A DNA stretch of 64,000 nucleotides from Verrucomicrobiota bacterium (GTDB lineage Bacteria > Verrucomicrobiota > Verrucomicrobiia > Limisphaerales > UBA8199), in contig JBDHQH010000003.1 in the NCBI GenBank assembly GCA_039806935.1, positions 2,606 through 66,605 of the forward strand. Reading direction: 5' to 3'. Numbering within the stretch: the first letter of the stretch is position 1; each line of letters starts with the position of its first letter. Position numbers and translations under genes: made by a program. The notes under the pieces were generated by a model. That model did no database searches, was not told the DNA's origin, and saw only the letters and a program-made list of their open reading frames with translations. Positions 1-8,823 of this stretch are shown piece by piece.

Positions 1-1056
1 GCCCTCCTGACATGGAGTCTGGCGCGCGGGGTTTTCCCTGCGTTTTACCCGGGAATTCCAACGGGCATCTATTATTGGATGGGCGGGGCGGGCGCGCTGG
101 GCTTGTTTATCTCGATTGTGCTCCACGAGTTGGGCCATTCGATGGCGGCCAAACGTCTGGGGATTCCGATGCGGAGCATCACGCTGTTCATCTTCGGCGG
201 CGTGGCGGAAATGGGCGACGAGCCGCCCAATCCGCGTGCCGAGTTTCTGATGACCATCGCCGGGCCGGCGGTGACAGTGGTGCTGGCGGGGTTCTTTTTT
301 GGACTTTCCAAACTCGCCTGGGCCGGCAACTGGCCCCTGCCGGTGCAAGGCGTTCTGGCCTATCTGGCGTGGATCAACGCCCTGCTCCTGGCCTTCAATC
401 TGGTGCCCGCTTTCCCTCTGGATGGCGGACGGGTGCTGCGCTCGATCCTCTGGGCCTGGAAAGGAAATCTGCGCCGGGCCACCCGGATCGCCTCGCTGAT
501 CGGGAGCATTTTCGCGGTGGCTTTGATGGCCTGGGGTGTTCTGGATTTCTTTTATGGAAGTTTCGTCGCGGGGATCTGGTTTTTCCTGATCGGCCTGTTC
601 ATCCGCGGCGCCTCGCGAGCTTCCTACGAACAGGTTTTGTTGCGGGATGCTCTGGCGGGCGAGTCGGTGCATCGGTTCATGACCACCAATCCGGTGACGG
701 TGGATCCCTCAGCGACGATCCGCAGCATCGTCGATGATTTTCTTTACCGGTACCCGTATAAGTTTTATCCGGTGGTGCGCGAGGGGCACTTGCTGGGCTG
801 CCTCACCTTGGACCAGATCCGCCAGATACCCCGCGAGGAGTGGGACCAGCGCACCGCCGGGTCGGTGGCCCAACCGTGCTCGGGGGATAACATGATTCCA
901 CCCCAAACCGACGCCGCCCAGGCGCTCTCGACCATGAACCGAAATCAACTCAGCCGGCTGATGGTGGTGGAGGATGGCGAATTGCTGGGAATTGTCGCGT
1001 TGAGAGATTTGATGCGCTTCTTGTCACGCAAGTTGGAACTCGAGGGCGGACGATGA
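1..1056 (+). CDS. Site-2 protease family (peptidase M50) zinc metalloprotease with C-terminal CBS pair; 5' end lies outside the window
   Basis: The frame of ORF 79..1056 stays open back to nt 1, so the listed Met is internal. HELGH zinc motif, NLVPAFPLDGGRVL (S2P NxxPxxxLDG motif) and several hydrophobic helices. Two CBS-like repeats follow (VHRFMTTNPVTV..., LSRLMVVEDGELLGIVALRDL). Confidence 0.85.
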   Translation, partial: ALLTWSLARGVFPAFYPGIPTGIYYWMGGAGALGLFISIVLHELGHSMAAKRLGIPMRSITLFIFGGVAEMGDEPPNPRAEFLMTIAGPAVTVVLAGFFFGLSKLAWAGNWPLPVQGVLAYLAWINALLLAFNLVPAFPLDGGRVLRSILWAWKGNLRRATRIASLIGSIFAVALMAWGVLDFFYGSFVAGIWFFLIGLFIRGASRASYEQVLLRDALAGESVHRFMTTNPVTVDPSATIRSIVDDFLYRYPYKFYPVVREGHLLGCLTLDQIRQIPREEWDQRTAGSVAQPCSGDNMIPPQTDAAQALSTMNRNQLSRLMVVEDGELLGIVALRDLMRFLSRKLELEGGR

Positions 1057-1144
1057 CCGGGACGAAGGAAGAGGCTGCCTCGGACCTGGCTCATTATTTG
1101 ACCTGCGAGCGGGTGTGTGTTAAAGGCCGCCAGCGATCTCTTTG

Positions 1145-1852
1145 ATGCGGACGCCAGTCGAAACGCAAAGGTTGGAGGCGGTTTATCGGGACTATGCGGA
1201 GCGCCGCCTGGGCAGCACCAAATGGTCTCCGCGGAACCGCGGCAACCAGGCCATCGTTGCGGAACGTGATCGCGCGCTGAATGGGCTGCTGACGGAAGCC
1301 GGATGGCTCCCGTTAAACGGGCGGCGCGTGCTGGATATCGGCTGCGGGGCGGGCGGAGTGCTCGCCGGGTTTCAACGCTGGGGCGCCCGCCCGGAGGATC
1401 TCCATGGAGTGGATTTGCTGGAGGAGAGAGTGCGCCAGGCGCAAGCGCATTTTCCCGGGCTCTCCATTCAGCAAGCCAATGCTGAGCGATTACCGTTCCC
1501 AGAGGCCGCGTTCGATCTGGTGGCCTTGTTTACGGTGTTCAGCTCGATCCTCAGCGCGGACATGAAACGCAACGTCGCGAGCGAGGTCAGACGGGTCCTC
1601 CGCCCCGGCGGCGGAATTCTTTGGTACGATTTTCGCGTGAACAACCCGTTCAATCGGCGGGTGCGAGGGATTTCCCGGCGCGAGATTCGGAGTTGTTTTT
1701 CCGGGTTCGAGCCGCGATTGCGCCCGGTGACGCTCGTGCCGCAATTGGCGCGGCGCCTGGGCCCTCTGACTGGGTGGCTCTACCCCGTTCTGGCTGGAAT
1801 TCCAGTGCTGCGAACCCATTACACAGGTTTGCTGGTGGCGGCCGACGATTGA
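1145..1852 (+). CDS. Class I SAM-dependent methyltransferase
   Basis: Motif I VLDIGCGAGG and downstream LRPGGGILWYDF, typical of the Methyltransf_11/25 fold. ATG at 1145 is one codon inside the TTG-initiated ORF 1142..1852. Confidence 0.75.
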   Translation: MRTPVETQRLEAVYRDYAERRLGSTKWSPRNRGNQAIVAERDRALNGLLTEAGWLPLNGRRVLDIGCGAGGVLAGFQRWGARPEDLHGVDLLEERVRQAQAHFPGLSIQQANAERLPFPEAAFDLVALFTVFSSILSADMKRNVASEVRRVLRPGGGILWYDFRVNNPFNRRVRGISRREIRSCFSGFEPRLRPVTLVPQLARRLGPLTGWLYPVLAGIPVLRTHYTGLLVAADD

Positions 1853-1942
1853 TCAAGAGTTGGCGGACTGTCGGCTTGTTAGGCCTTCCGCGATGATTAC
1901 ACTTTAAGGCGCGGCGCCAAACCGGCGCCTGGATGTGTTTCA

Positions 1943-3073
1943 ATGAAAATCGGTTTGGCGAGGCGAGCGGCCGGAGGTTGGCTGTTTTGGGCGGTTTGGT
2001 GCAGCTTCTCAGCGAGCGCCTGGGCGCATAATCCGGACACCAGCTACAGCCGGGTGGTGCTGATGCCCGCGGCTGTCGAGTTTCATTTCAGCTACGACCT
2101 GAGCACCTTGCAGCGCGTCGCCACCCTGGACGCCAATGGCGACGGGAGCCTCTCGAAGGCCGAACTGGCGGACGCGGCCCCCGCGCTGCGCCAGTTTCTG
2201 CGCGAGCACATTCTCCTCGATCTCAACCAGCACGAAGCGGACTTTGCGGAAAGCGAGGGCCCGGCCTGGCCGGAAGGGGCCGGCGAATCCATCCCGATCT
2301 CGCAATTCGAACAACATCTGGCGGCATTCACGTTCCGCAATCCGGTGCTGAGCCTGCCAGAGTCGGTAACGCTCACGTTCGATTTCTTCGAGCAGTTTGG
2401 CCCGGCGCATACGGTTCTCGGCGTGTTCGTGTGCAATGGGCGTGAGAACGAAGTGGTCTTCACGCGCTCGCAGCCCGATCATTTATACGTCACCGGGAGT
2501 GTAACCTCGGTGAAACGCCAGATCGCGCAATACTTGAAATTGGGCGTGGAGCATATCTTTCTTGGATACGATCACATCGCGTTTCTGCTGGCCCTGCTAT
2601 TTGTCCGGCGTTTTGTCGATCTGTTGAAAATCGTCACGGCTTTCACGGTGGCGCACACCATCACGCTGGCGCTGGCGGTGCTCCAGATCGTCACCATCCC
2701 CCCGCAGTGGGTGGAAATCGGGATTGCGGTCACGATCATGTACGTGGCGGCGGAGAACTTCTGGACCACCGAGACGCGCTACCGTTGGATGCTAACGTTT
2801 GGTTTCGGTCTGGTCCACGGTTTCGGCTTTGCCAGTGTATTGCGAGAGTTGGGGTTGCCGACCACCGGCTTGGCGCGGTCGCTGATCTCCTTCAACCTGG
2901 GCGTCGAGGCGGGCCAGATCGCCATTGTGGGGATCCTCTGGCCGGGACTTTGGTGGGTCACCCGCCAGGCGTTTGCCCAGCGGGTGCGTTACGGAATATC
3001 AGCCGTGATTTTCCTGTTTGGCGCCGCCTGGTTTGTCGAGCGCGCCTCGGGGTTGCGGCTGATGCCGTTTTGA
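1943..3073 (+). CDS. HupE/UreJ-family membrane protein with an N-terminal periplasmic domain carrying an EF-hand/dockerin-like DxDxDG loop
   Basis: Signal-like N-terminus. DANGDGSLSKAEL loop. HIFLGYDHIAFLLALL plus about 5 further TM helices, typical of HupE/UreJ_2. Confidence 0.7.
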   Translation: MKIGLARRAAGGWLFWAVWCSFSASAWAHNPDTSYSRVVLMPAAVEFHFSYDLSTLQRVATLDANGDGSLSKAELADAAPALRQFLREHILLDLNQHEADFAESEGPAWPEGAGESIPISQFEQHLAAFTFRNPVLSLPESVTLTFDFFEQFGPAHTVLGVFVCNGRENEVVFTRSQPDHLYVTGSVTSVKRQIAQYLKLGVEHIFLGYDHIAFLLALLFVRRFVDLLKIVTAFTVAHTITLALAVLQIVTIPPQWVEIGIAVTIMYVAAENFWTTETRYRWMLTFGFGLVHGFGFASVLRELGLPTTGLARSLISFNLGVEAGQIAIVGILWPGLWWVTRQAFAQRVRYGISAVIFLFGAAWFVERASGLRLMPF

Positions 3074-3088
3074 TGGAACCAGGCGGGG

Positions 3089-4426
3089 TCAGTTGGAAAC
3101 CGAAACCCGGTAAAATCGCTGGGTGACGCCCGCCAGGCCGGTATCGGTCCAGGTGCTCGAGGCGCCCGCCGCCGTGATGGCGCTGCTGAGATCGGTCCAA
3201 GCGGCGGCCAGATGGTTCCGGTAAGCAATTTTGTAGATCCTGCCTGCGACGCTATTCCAGGTCAGCTTCATTCCGCCGGTCACCTTCGCGATGCTCACCG
3301 TGATGGGCGGATGCCCGGGCGCGGCGGCGGCGCCATACAGGTAGGGCCCCAGATCCCAGGAACCCGAGGACTGACGCGCCGCCCCGGCCATATCGGTGGT
3401 GAAAATGGAGGTGAGATTGTGGCCCGCTAAAATTCCCGGTGATCCGCCGGTTAATCGGCAATCGAAGCTGTTGGCGGCGTCGTTGGCCAGCAACGGATTG
3501 GAGTACACGCTCGTCCCCTGCGTATAGGCAAAATCGGAGTTGCCTTCCCGGAGAGCGAAATGGCCCACGCCATTCCCGTAGGAGATATTCCGATCCATCA
3601 CCACGCCGCCGCCGTGCGCGTCGTAGGTGTTGATGGCGTAGCGCCCGTTCTTGAAGAAAATGTTGTTTTTAATATCCACCCCGCTCAACGCCATCCAGAG
3701 AATGATCCCGTTGTAGCCGTTGTAGGCCATGATATTGTTGTACACTTTCAGATTGCGCACGGTGGTGTAACCGGCGACTTGCAGGCCGCTTCCCGCATTG
3801 GCCAGCAGCACGTTGTTATTAACCAACTCATTTTGGCCGCAGAGATAGAGGCCGTGATCCAGGCTGGCGTTGCCGCCAGTGCGCCCGTTGTGATGTATGT
3901 AGTTGGCGGTATAGACATTGCCGCTGGTGCCGGAATCGGAGTAGATCCCGTCCTTTCCTTGCGTGCTGGAGCTGGCGGGATTCCCGTTATGGTGAATCAC
4001 GCAGTTTTGAATCCGATTGTTGCTGGACCAGATGGTGATGCCGCCGTTGGGGCTGTTGCGGACGTCGAATCCGTCCACCACGTTGTAGTTGCCATCAATA
4101 TAGAAGCCGACGTTGCGGTCGGACTTGTACTGGCCGTCGATGATCGCCGCGCCGGGAACCTGAGAGCGCAGCACGATGGGGCTGGCGGCGGCGCCGCTCG
4201 ATCCCAAACGAAGCCCCCAGCCGGTGCGATAATCGGTGTAAGTGCCTGGCATGACGATGATGGTCGTCCCCGCCACGGCCTTGCTGTACGCGTAGGAAAT
4301 CGTCCGGAACGGTTGTGCGGACGTGCCCGAATTCCCATCGTTTCCCTGCGGAGAAACGTAGTAGGTGGCCGCCTCCACTTGCATGAGCGCCAGTAGCGCA
4401 ACCCCACAATACATGACAGTTCTCAT
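3089..4426 (-). CDS. Secreted right-handed parallel beta-helix repeat protein with C-terminal FYRV module
   Basis: Signal peptide (MRTVMYCGVALLALMQVEA). YYVSPQGNDGNSGTSAQPFRTI entry motif of pectate-lyase-fold/DUF1565 proteins. Repeated N/G/H-rich beta-helix turns (IHHNG, IHHNGR). C-terminal LTWNSVAGRIYKI...QRFYRVSVSN. Confidence 0.75.
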   Translation of the reverse strand: MRTVMYCGVALLALMQVEAATYYVSPQGNDGNSGTSAQPFRTISYAYSKAVAGTTIIVMPGTYTDYRTGWGLRLGSSGAAASPIVLRSQVPGAAIIDGQYKSDRNVGFYIDGNYNVVDGFDVRNSPNGGITIWSSNNRIQNCVIHHNGNPASSSTQGKDGIYSDSGTSGNVYTANYIHHNGRTGGNASLDHGLYLCGQNELVNNNVLLANAGSGLQVAGYTTVRNLKVYNNIMAYNGYNGIILWMALSGVDIKNNIFFKNGRYAINTYDAHGGGVVMDRNISYGNGVGHFALREGNSDFAYTQGTSVYSNPLLANDAANSFDCRLTGGSPGILAGHNLTSIFTTDMAGAARQSSGSWDLGPYLYGAAAAPGHPPITVSIAKVTGGMKLTWNSVAGRIYKIAYRNHLAAAWTDLSSAITAAGASSTWTDTGLAGVTQRFYRVSVSN

Positions 4427-4480
4427 GCGACCGAGAATGTCGAACGATATCCTTTTACGTAAGCGCCTCTTTGTCCGGTT

Positions 4481-4507
4481 TTCCTGTCGGGATTCGTCTG
4501 ACAGGAA
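4481..4507. promoter_or_regulatory. Perfect 8-bp inverted repeat (ttcctgtc-N11-gacaggaa) in the divergent intergenic region between the beta-helix gene and the NusG-paralogue gene; candidate operator or RNA hairpin
   Basis: Read directly: 4481-4488 ttcctgtc and 4500-4507 gacaggaa. It lies in the roughly 390-nt non-coding gap 4427-4820. Confidence 0.3.
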
Positions 4508-4820
4508 ATTCCTTGGCCGGGCGCCAGCAAGGGGTTCAAGGGTCGCCTAACTCCCCGTTCCCCGCCGTCTGGCCGGCAATGGAGTAAAACCCGCGAAACC
4601 TCTTGGCTGACAATGACTTCATCGCTGGGGATTAAATCCACCCACCGTTACGGTAAGCCCCCCATTCATCGCAGTTCACGCGGAGCGTATCGTGCAACCC
4701 GAGACTTGGAAACTCTTCCAAGACTCCGCGGTTCACAGAACTGCCGGAGGCTTTGTGGTGTTTCAATTAATCGAAGCGGGGGCGGCAAGATGGCCAGGTG
4801 CGGAGCTTTGCCCGGAATTA

Positions 4821-5450
4821 ATGATGCAGATTATGCCAGCAGATTTGATTGCGAAACCCGACGGGAATCTACGCAACGACGATCGCGCCCGGTGGGTCTG
4901 CGCCCGCACGCATCCCAAGCATGAGCATATCGCGGCGGCTCACCTCGCCCGGATTCCTGGCGTCGAGGTTTTCAACCCGCGACTGCGGATCGAGCGCCGG
5001 ACGCGGCGCGGGCGGATGCGAGCCAGGGAATCCTTGTTCGTGAATTACGTTTTCGCGAACTTTACGTTCGAGCTGCTGCTCGAGCGGGTGCGCTACACGC
5101 CGGGGATCAAAAGCATGGTCCAATTTGGCGGACGACTGGCGGTGATTCCGGACAACGTCATCGAAGATTTGCGGGCGACCATAGCTCAGAACGCCGACGT
5201 CGTCTTCAGTGATTCCCCGGTGGTTGGTGACGAGGCGGAGGTGGTTGAAGGCCCGTTTCGAGGGGAAAAGATCAGAATTGCCCGCATCCTGCCGGCTCAC
5301 GAGCGAGTCGAGGCCCTGATGGAGGTTTTAGGCCGCTCCGTGCCAGTCGAGTTCAATCTCAGTTCCTTAATCTTCCCGCGCCGGCCCGCGGCCCAGCGCA
5401 TCTTCGGGGCACCCTCGCCGCAGTCCGCGCGGGTGCTGGCTGCCGCATGA
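4821..5450 (+). CDS. NusG-family specialised paralogue (RfaH/UpxY-like transcription antiterminator) at the head of the polysaccharide locus
   Basis: NGN-like N-terminus (RWVCARTHPKHEHIAAAHLARIPGVEVFNPRL...LFVNYVFANF). C-terminal KOW-like segment (GDEAEVVEGPFRGEKIRIARI). The start is uncertain: in-frame ATGs at 4821, 4824 and 4833, while the longest ORF begins at 4692. The stop overlaps the next start (ATGA at 5447-5450). Confidence 0.7.
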   Translation: MMQIMPADLIAKPDGNLRNDDRARWVCARTHPKHEHIAAAHLARIPGVEVFNPRLRIERRTRRGRMRARESLFVNYVFANFTFELLLERVRYTPGIKSMVQFGGRLAVIPDNVIEDLRATIAQNADVVFSDSPVVGDEAEVVEGPFRGEKIRIARILPAHERVEALMEVLGRSVPVEFNLSSLIFPRRPAAQRIFGAPSPQSARVLAAA

Positions 5451-6787
5451 ACTTCCGCCCTCTCCCACTCGTCTGGCTGCTAGCGGGTCTCGCGGGGTTC
5501 GAGTTGCCGGCGGCAGCGGCGAATTACTATGTCTCGCCGCGCGGCGACTCGAATGGGCGAGGAACACCGCAAGCGCCCTACCGGCTGAGCGAGGCGTTGT
5601 CCGGGCAAGTGGGAAGGCCTGGGGACACCTTTTGGCTGCGGGGCGGGGATTACCCGCTCGGCCATCTGTCAACTGAGGTCCATGGCGAGCCGGGCAAGCC
5701 CATTACTTTCCGGCAGTTTCCGGGCGAGCGGGCACATATCCTGGGCTCACTGAGTTTCTGGGGCGCGGCGCGTTACCTGGTCCTCCGTGATTTCGAGTTG
5801 AGCAGCGGCGTTTCAAACCGGGTCAGCCGCCAGGTCGGGGTTGGCTTCAACCCCACCGATCTGCTGGATTTTTGCGAGGGCATACAAGTGTACGCATCCG
5901 ACTGCAATTTCATTAACCTCGTGGTTCACGACACGGTCCGCAGCGGTTTCTGGACGTCCTCCGCAGCGATCAACACTTTGATTTACGGCTGCTTGGTTTA
6001 CAACGTGGGTTGGAGTTCGCCGGATAACGCGGAGGGTCACAGCTACTATTTGCAAGCGCCAGGGGAAGTTTCCGACTGTCTCGCTTTAAATAGCGCGGGG
6101 GCGGGCTTTCATGTGTACTCGGATAGCCCGGGGGAGCGCATCGGCAATCTGGAGATGGAGGGCGATCTGGCGTGTGGCGCCGGCGCGCTGCAATCGGTTC
6201 GCCCCTATCGCGATTGGATCATCGGTGTCGATCGCCCGGCGATGATGGCCGATAACATCCGGCTGCGGAGGAACTTGGGTTACGTCATCCCCGGCGCCCG
6301 CACCCTGGGGCCGGTCCAACTTGGACGCCAGCAACTCAATGGCCGCCTCGTGCTTGAGAGCAATTACTGGCCCCAGGGAGTAAGCATGGGGCAATGGCAG
6401 AATTGCACCGGCGCGGAAATGCTGGAGACCGCTCCGGGCCAGAACTTTACCGGCACGAAGATCTTTATTCGAACCAACCGGTATGAACCGGGGCGCGCCC
6501 ATCTGATGATCTATAATTGGGACCGGCATGCGAAAGTGGCAGTCAATATTTGCTCGATTCTGCCACCTGGCACATGTTACGAGGTGCGCAACGCGGGAGA
6601 CTTCTTTGGGGCGCCGGTTCTAAGTGGCATTTTCGACGGGGAACCGATCGAATTACCAATGACTGGACTTAGTGTTGCCAGGCCCTCGGGCGGGCTGGCC
6701 ACCCCTCCTCCCACCGGACCGGTCTTCAATGTGTTTATTTTGTTGCCGGTTCGCACGATCAGCAAACCGACTCCCCCAACCGGATAA
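5447..6787 (+). CDS. Secreted beta-helix-like protein (pectate-lyase-fold entry motif)
   Basis: Signal peptide (LVWLLAGLAGFELPAAAA), then NYYVSPRGDSNGRGTPQAPYRLSEAL, the same entry motif as 3089..4426. No catalytic motif recognised. Confidence 0.6.
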   Translation: MNFRPLPLVWLLAGLAGFELPAAAANYYVSPRGDSNGRGTPQAPYRLSEALSGQVGRPGDTFWLRGGDYPLGHLSTEVHGEPGKPITFRQFPGERAHILGSLSFWGAARYLVLRDFELSSGVSNRVSRQVGVGFNPTDLLDFCEGIQVYASDCNFINLVVHDTVRSGFWTSSAAINTLIYGCLVYNVGWSSPDNAEGHSYYLQAPGEVSDCLALNSAGAGFHVYSDSPGERIGNLEMEGDLACGAGALQSVRPYRDWIIGVDRPAMMADNIRLRRNLGYVIPGARTLGPVQLGRQQLNGRLVLESNYWPQGVSMGQWQNCTGAEMLETAPGQNFTGTKIFIRTNRYEPGRAHLMIYNWDRHAKVAVNICSILPPGTCYEVRNAGDFFGAPVLSGIFDGEPIELPMTGLSVARPSGGLATPPPTGPVFNVFILLPVRTISKPTPPTG

Positions 6788-6797
6788 TCCCAAACCC

Positions 6798-8099
6798 ATG
6801 ATAACCAACCATCCCCTCCCCCTCAAAAACTCCAGGCTGCGGCTATGGATCCTGCCACCGCTGCTGGTGTGTTTGACCTCCGCCGCACCGGCGCAAATGG
6901 AAGACGCGAGCGAGCCACGCGGATCGCTTGCCGGCCAGCGGGCAATCGAGGAACTGAAGCGCGCGCAGCGCGACGAGGATTACAACCTGCGCTACGGCCA
7001 TATCGGCTTCCGCACCGAGGCGACGCTGGGCGCGGGCTACACCGATAACGTGTTTCTCTCACCGGGTAATCGGCGCGATGACTTCATCGTCCATCCCGAG
7101 GTGAAACTCACCGCCTTCGTGCCGCTCACCGAACTCAACACCATCCGCCTGGGCCTCGGTATGGGCTATGAGTGGTTTGCCAACAACCACGCGCTGAACA
7201 GCGACGCGCCGCTGATAAACCCCGATTCGGAATTGGTGTTCAATCTGTTCGTGAAGGATTTTCGCATCCGATTTCACGACCGGTTCAGCTACCAGCAAAC
7301 CCTGGTCTTCAACGATCAGCCCGTCAACCAGACCCGCATTTATAATTTCACCAACGTGACGCAGTTCGAACGTCTGGACAATTTCGTTGGCGCCACCGTG
7401 GACTGGGACCTCAACAAAGTGCTGCTCACCGCCGGATTTGACCACGAGAATTTCAACGCGATGACCGACCAATTCCGCTATTTGAACCGCAACGCGGAAT
7501 GGTTCCAGGCCGCGGCCAGCTATCTGCTGGGCGACCGTCGCAAGATCGGAATCGAGTCCGCGGCCACTCTCAACAACTTCGATCGGGAGGTCATTCTGAA
7601 TGATAACTGGCGCGCGCGCTTCGGCCCTTTCGTTGACTGGAAGCTGCCGGAGGCGATGACCCTGCATGCCGGGGGCGGTTATGATCTGGCAAGGTTCGAT
7701 GCGGCCGCCCGCAACAGCGACTATGATACCTGGTACGGCTACGCGCGCCTGGAGCAGGAGTTGCGCTGGTTCACGCATTCCTTGTCCGTTGGCCGCGAAA
7801 CCCTGATGGGCGACAACGCCAATAATTTGCGGATCCACTACGTCCGCTACGCCATTCTCACCCAGACCCTGAGGAACTTTGACTTGGAAGGGAGCTTCAC
7901 GGTGGAGTTTTCCAAAGAATCGGGCGGGGCTTATTACGAGAAGTTTGTTCATTACGTGCCGGCGATCCGGGTGGGCTATCGGTTTCACAAGTACTGGCGA
8001 GCCGACGCCGGTTATGAATTCTTTTACAACGACTCCGATACGCGTGATCGCAGCTTTCATCGCAACCGGCTGAATCTCGGAGTGACATTCCAGTTTTGA
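6798..8099 (+). CDS. Outer-membrane beta-barrel protein associated with the polysaccharide export genes
   Basis: ATG at 6798 gives a signal peptide (LRLWILPPLLVCLTSAAPAQ). Alternating hydrophobic beta-strand pattern with many Y/F/N/D turns. C-terminal ...LNLGVTFQF ends in Phe, the OMP signature. The upstream part of ORF 6672.. overlaps the previous gene. Confidence 0.5.
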   Translation: MITNHPLPLKNSRLRLWILPPLLVCLTSAAPAQMEDASEPRGSLAGQRAIEELKRAQRDEDYNLRYGHIGFRTEATLGAGYTDNVFLSPGNRRDDFIVHPEVKLTAFVPLTELNTIRLGLGMGYEWFANNHALNSDAPLINPDSELVFNLFVKDFRIRFHDRFSYQQTLVFNDQPVNQTRIYNFTNVTQFERLDNFVGATVDWDLNKVLLTAGFDHENFNAMTDQFRYLNRNAEWFQAAASYLLGDRRKIGIESAATLNNFDREVILNDNWRARFGPFVDWKLPEAMTLHAGGGYDLARFDAAARNSDYDTWYGYARLEQELRWFTHSLSVGRETLMGDNANNLRIHYVRYAILTQTLRNFDLEGSFTVEFSKESGGAYYEKFVHYVPAIRVGYRFHKYWRADAGYEFFYNDSDTRDRSFHRNRLNLGVTFQF

Positions 8100-8101
8100 G
8101 C

Positions 8102-8818
8102 ATGCGGATCGGGAGAACATTGTGCCTCGCTGGCTTGCCCCTGGCCGCCGCCGCGCTCACGGCGTTCGGGGCGCCCGCGCCGGCGAATCGTCCAGGGCAA
8201 TCCCCGGCGCAAACGGAGGAACCGTCCCGCAGAGAGCCGACCAACTCCGCGCCGTCGTTCCTCTCCCAAAGCGTTCGATCCATGGATTCGCTGGATGACC
8301 AGCAGAAGCTGGGGCCGGGAGACCGCATCCTCTACCGCGTCATCGAAGATGAGGATCCACCGCATACCCTGCTCATCACCGACTCGGGAGACGTGGAGGT
8401 GCCCTACCTCGGCCTGGTCCATGCCACTGGGAGAACCTGCAAGGATCTGGCGCGGGAAATCAAAGGCTTGCTGGAGCGGAAATTGTATTACAAGGCCACC
8501 GTGATGATTTCCGCGGAGGCGATCAACCGCGCCCGGGTGCTCGGCAAGGTGTATGTGACCGGGCAGGTGCGCAACAGCGGCAGCTTCGATATCCCGGCCG
8601 GGGAGACCCTGACCGTGAGCCGCGCGATTTTGAGCGCGGGCGGGTTTAGCGACTATTCCGACAAGCGTAACGTGCGGCTCATCCGCCGACGGGGCGCCGA
8701 CACCCAGACTCGTATCATCAACGTCCAGCAAATCTGGTCGAGTGGAAAGCTCGACGAAGATGTAGCGGTGCAACCGGGTGATTTAATCGTAGTGCCGGAA
8801 CGGTTGGTAAAGTGGTAA
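8102..8818 (+). CDS. Polysaccharide export protein (Wza-like: Poly_export + SLBB domains)
   Basis: PGDRILYRVIEDEDP...ITDSGDVEVPYLGLVHATGRTCKDLAREIKGLL (Poly_export-like). VYVTGQVRNSGSFDIPAGETLTVSRAILSAGGF (SLBB-like). Signal/lipoprotein-like N-terminus. Confidence 0.8.
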   Translation: MRIGRTLCLAGLPLAAAALTAFGAPAPANRPGQSPAQTEEPSRREPTNSAPSFLSQSVRSMDSLDDQQKLGPGDRILYRVIEDEDPPHTLLITDSGDVEVPYLGLVHATGRTCKDLAREIKGLLERKLYYKATVMISAEAINRARVLGKVYVTGQVRNSGSFDIPAGETLTVSRAILSAGGFSDYSDKRNVRLIRRRGADTQTRIINVQQIWSSGKLDEDVAVQPGDLIVVPERLVKW

Positions 8819-8823
8819 GCGCG

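Noticed and set aside
4642-4659. Possible RfaH-type ops element (ccaccgttacggtaagcc) in the leader of the NusG paralogue
   Set aside because: It shares only CGGTA with the enterobacterial ops consensus GGCGGTAGnnTG, which is not a convincing match. The recruitment site, if any, remains unidentified.
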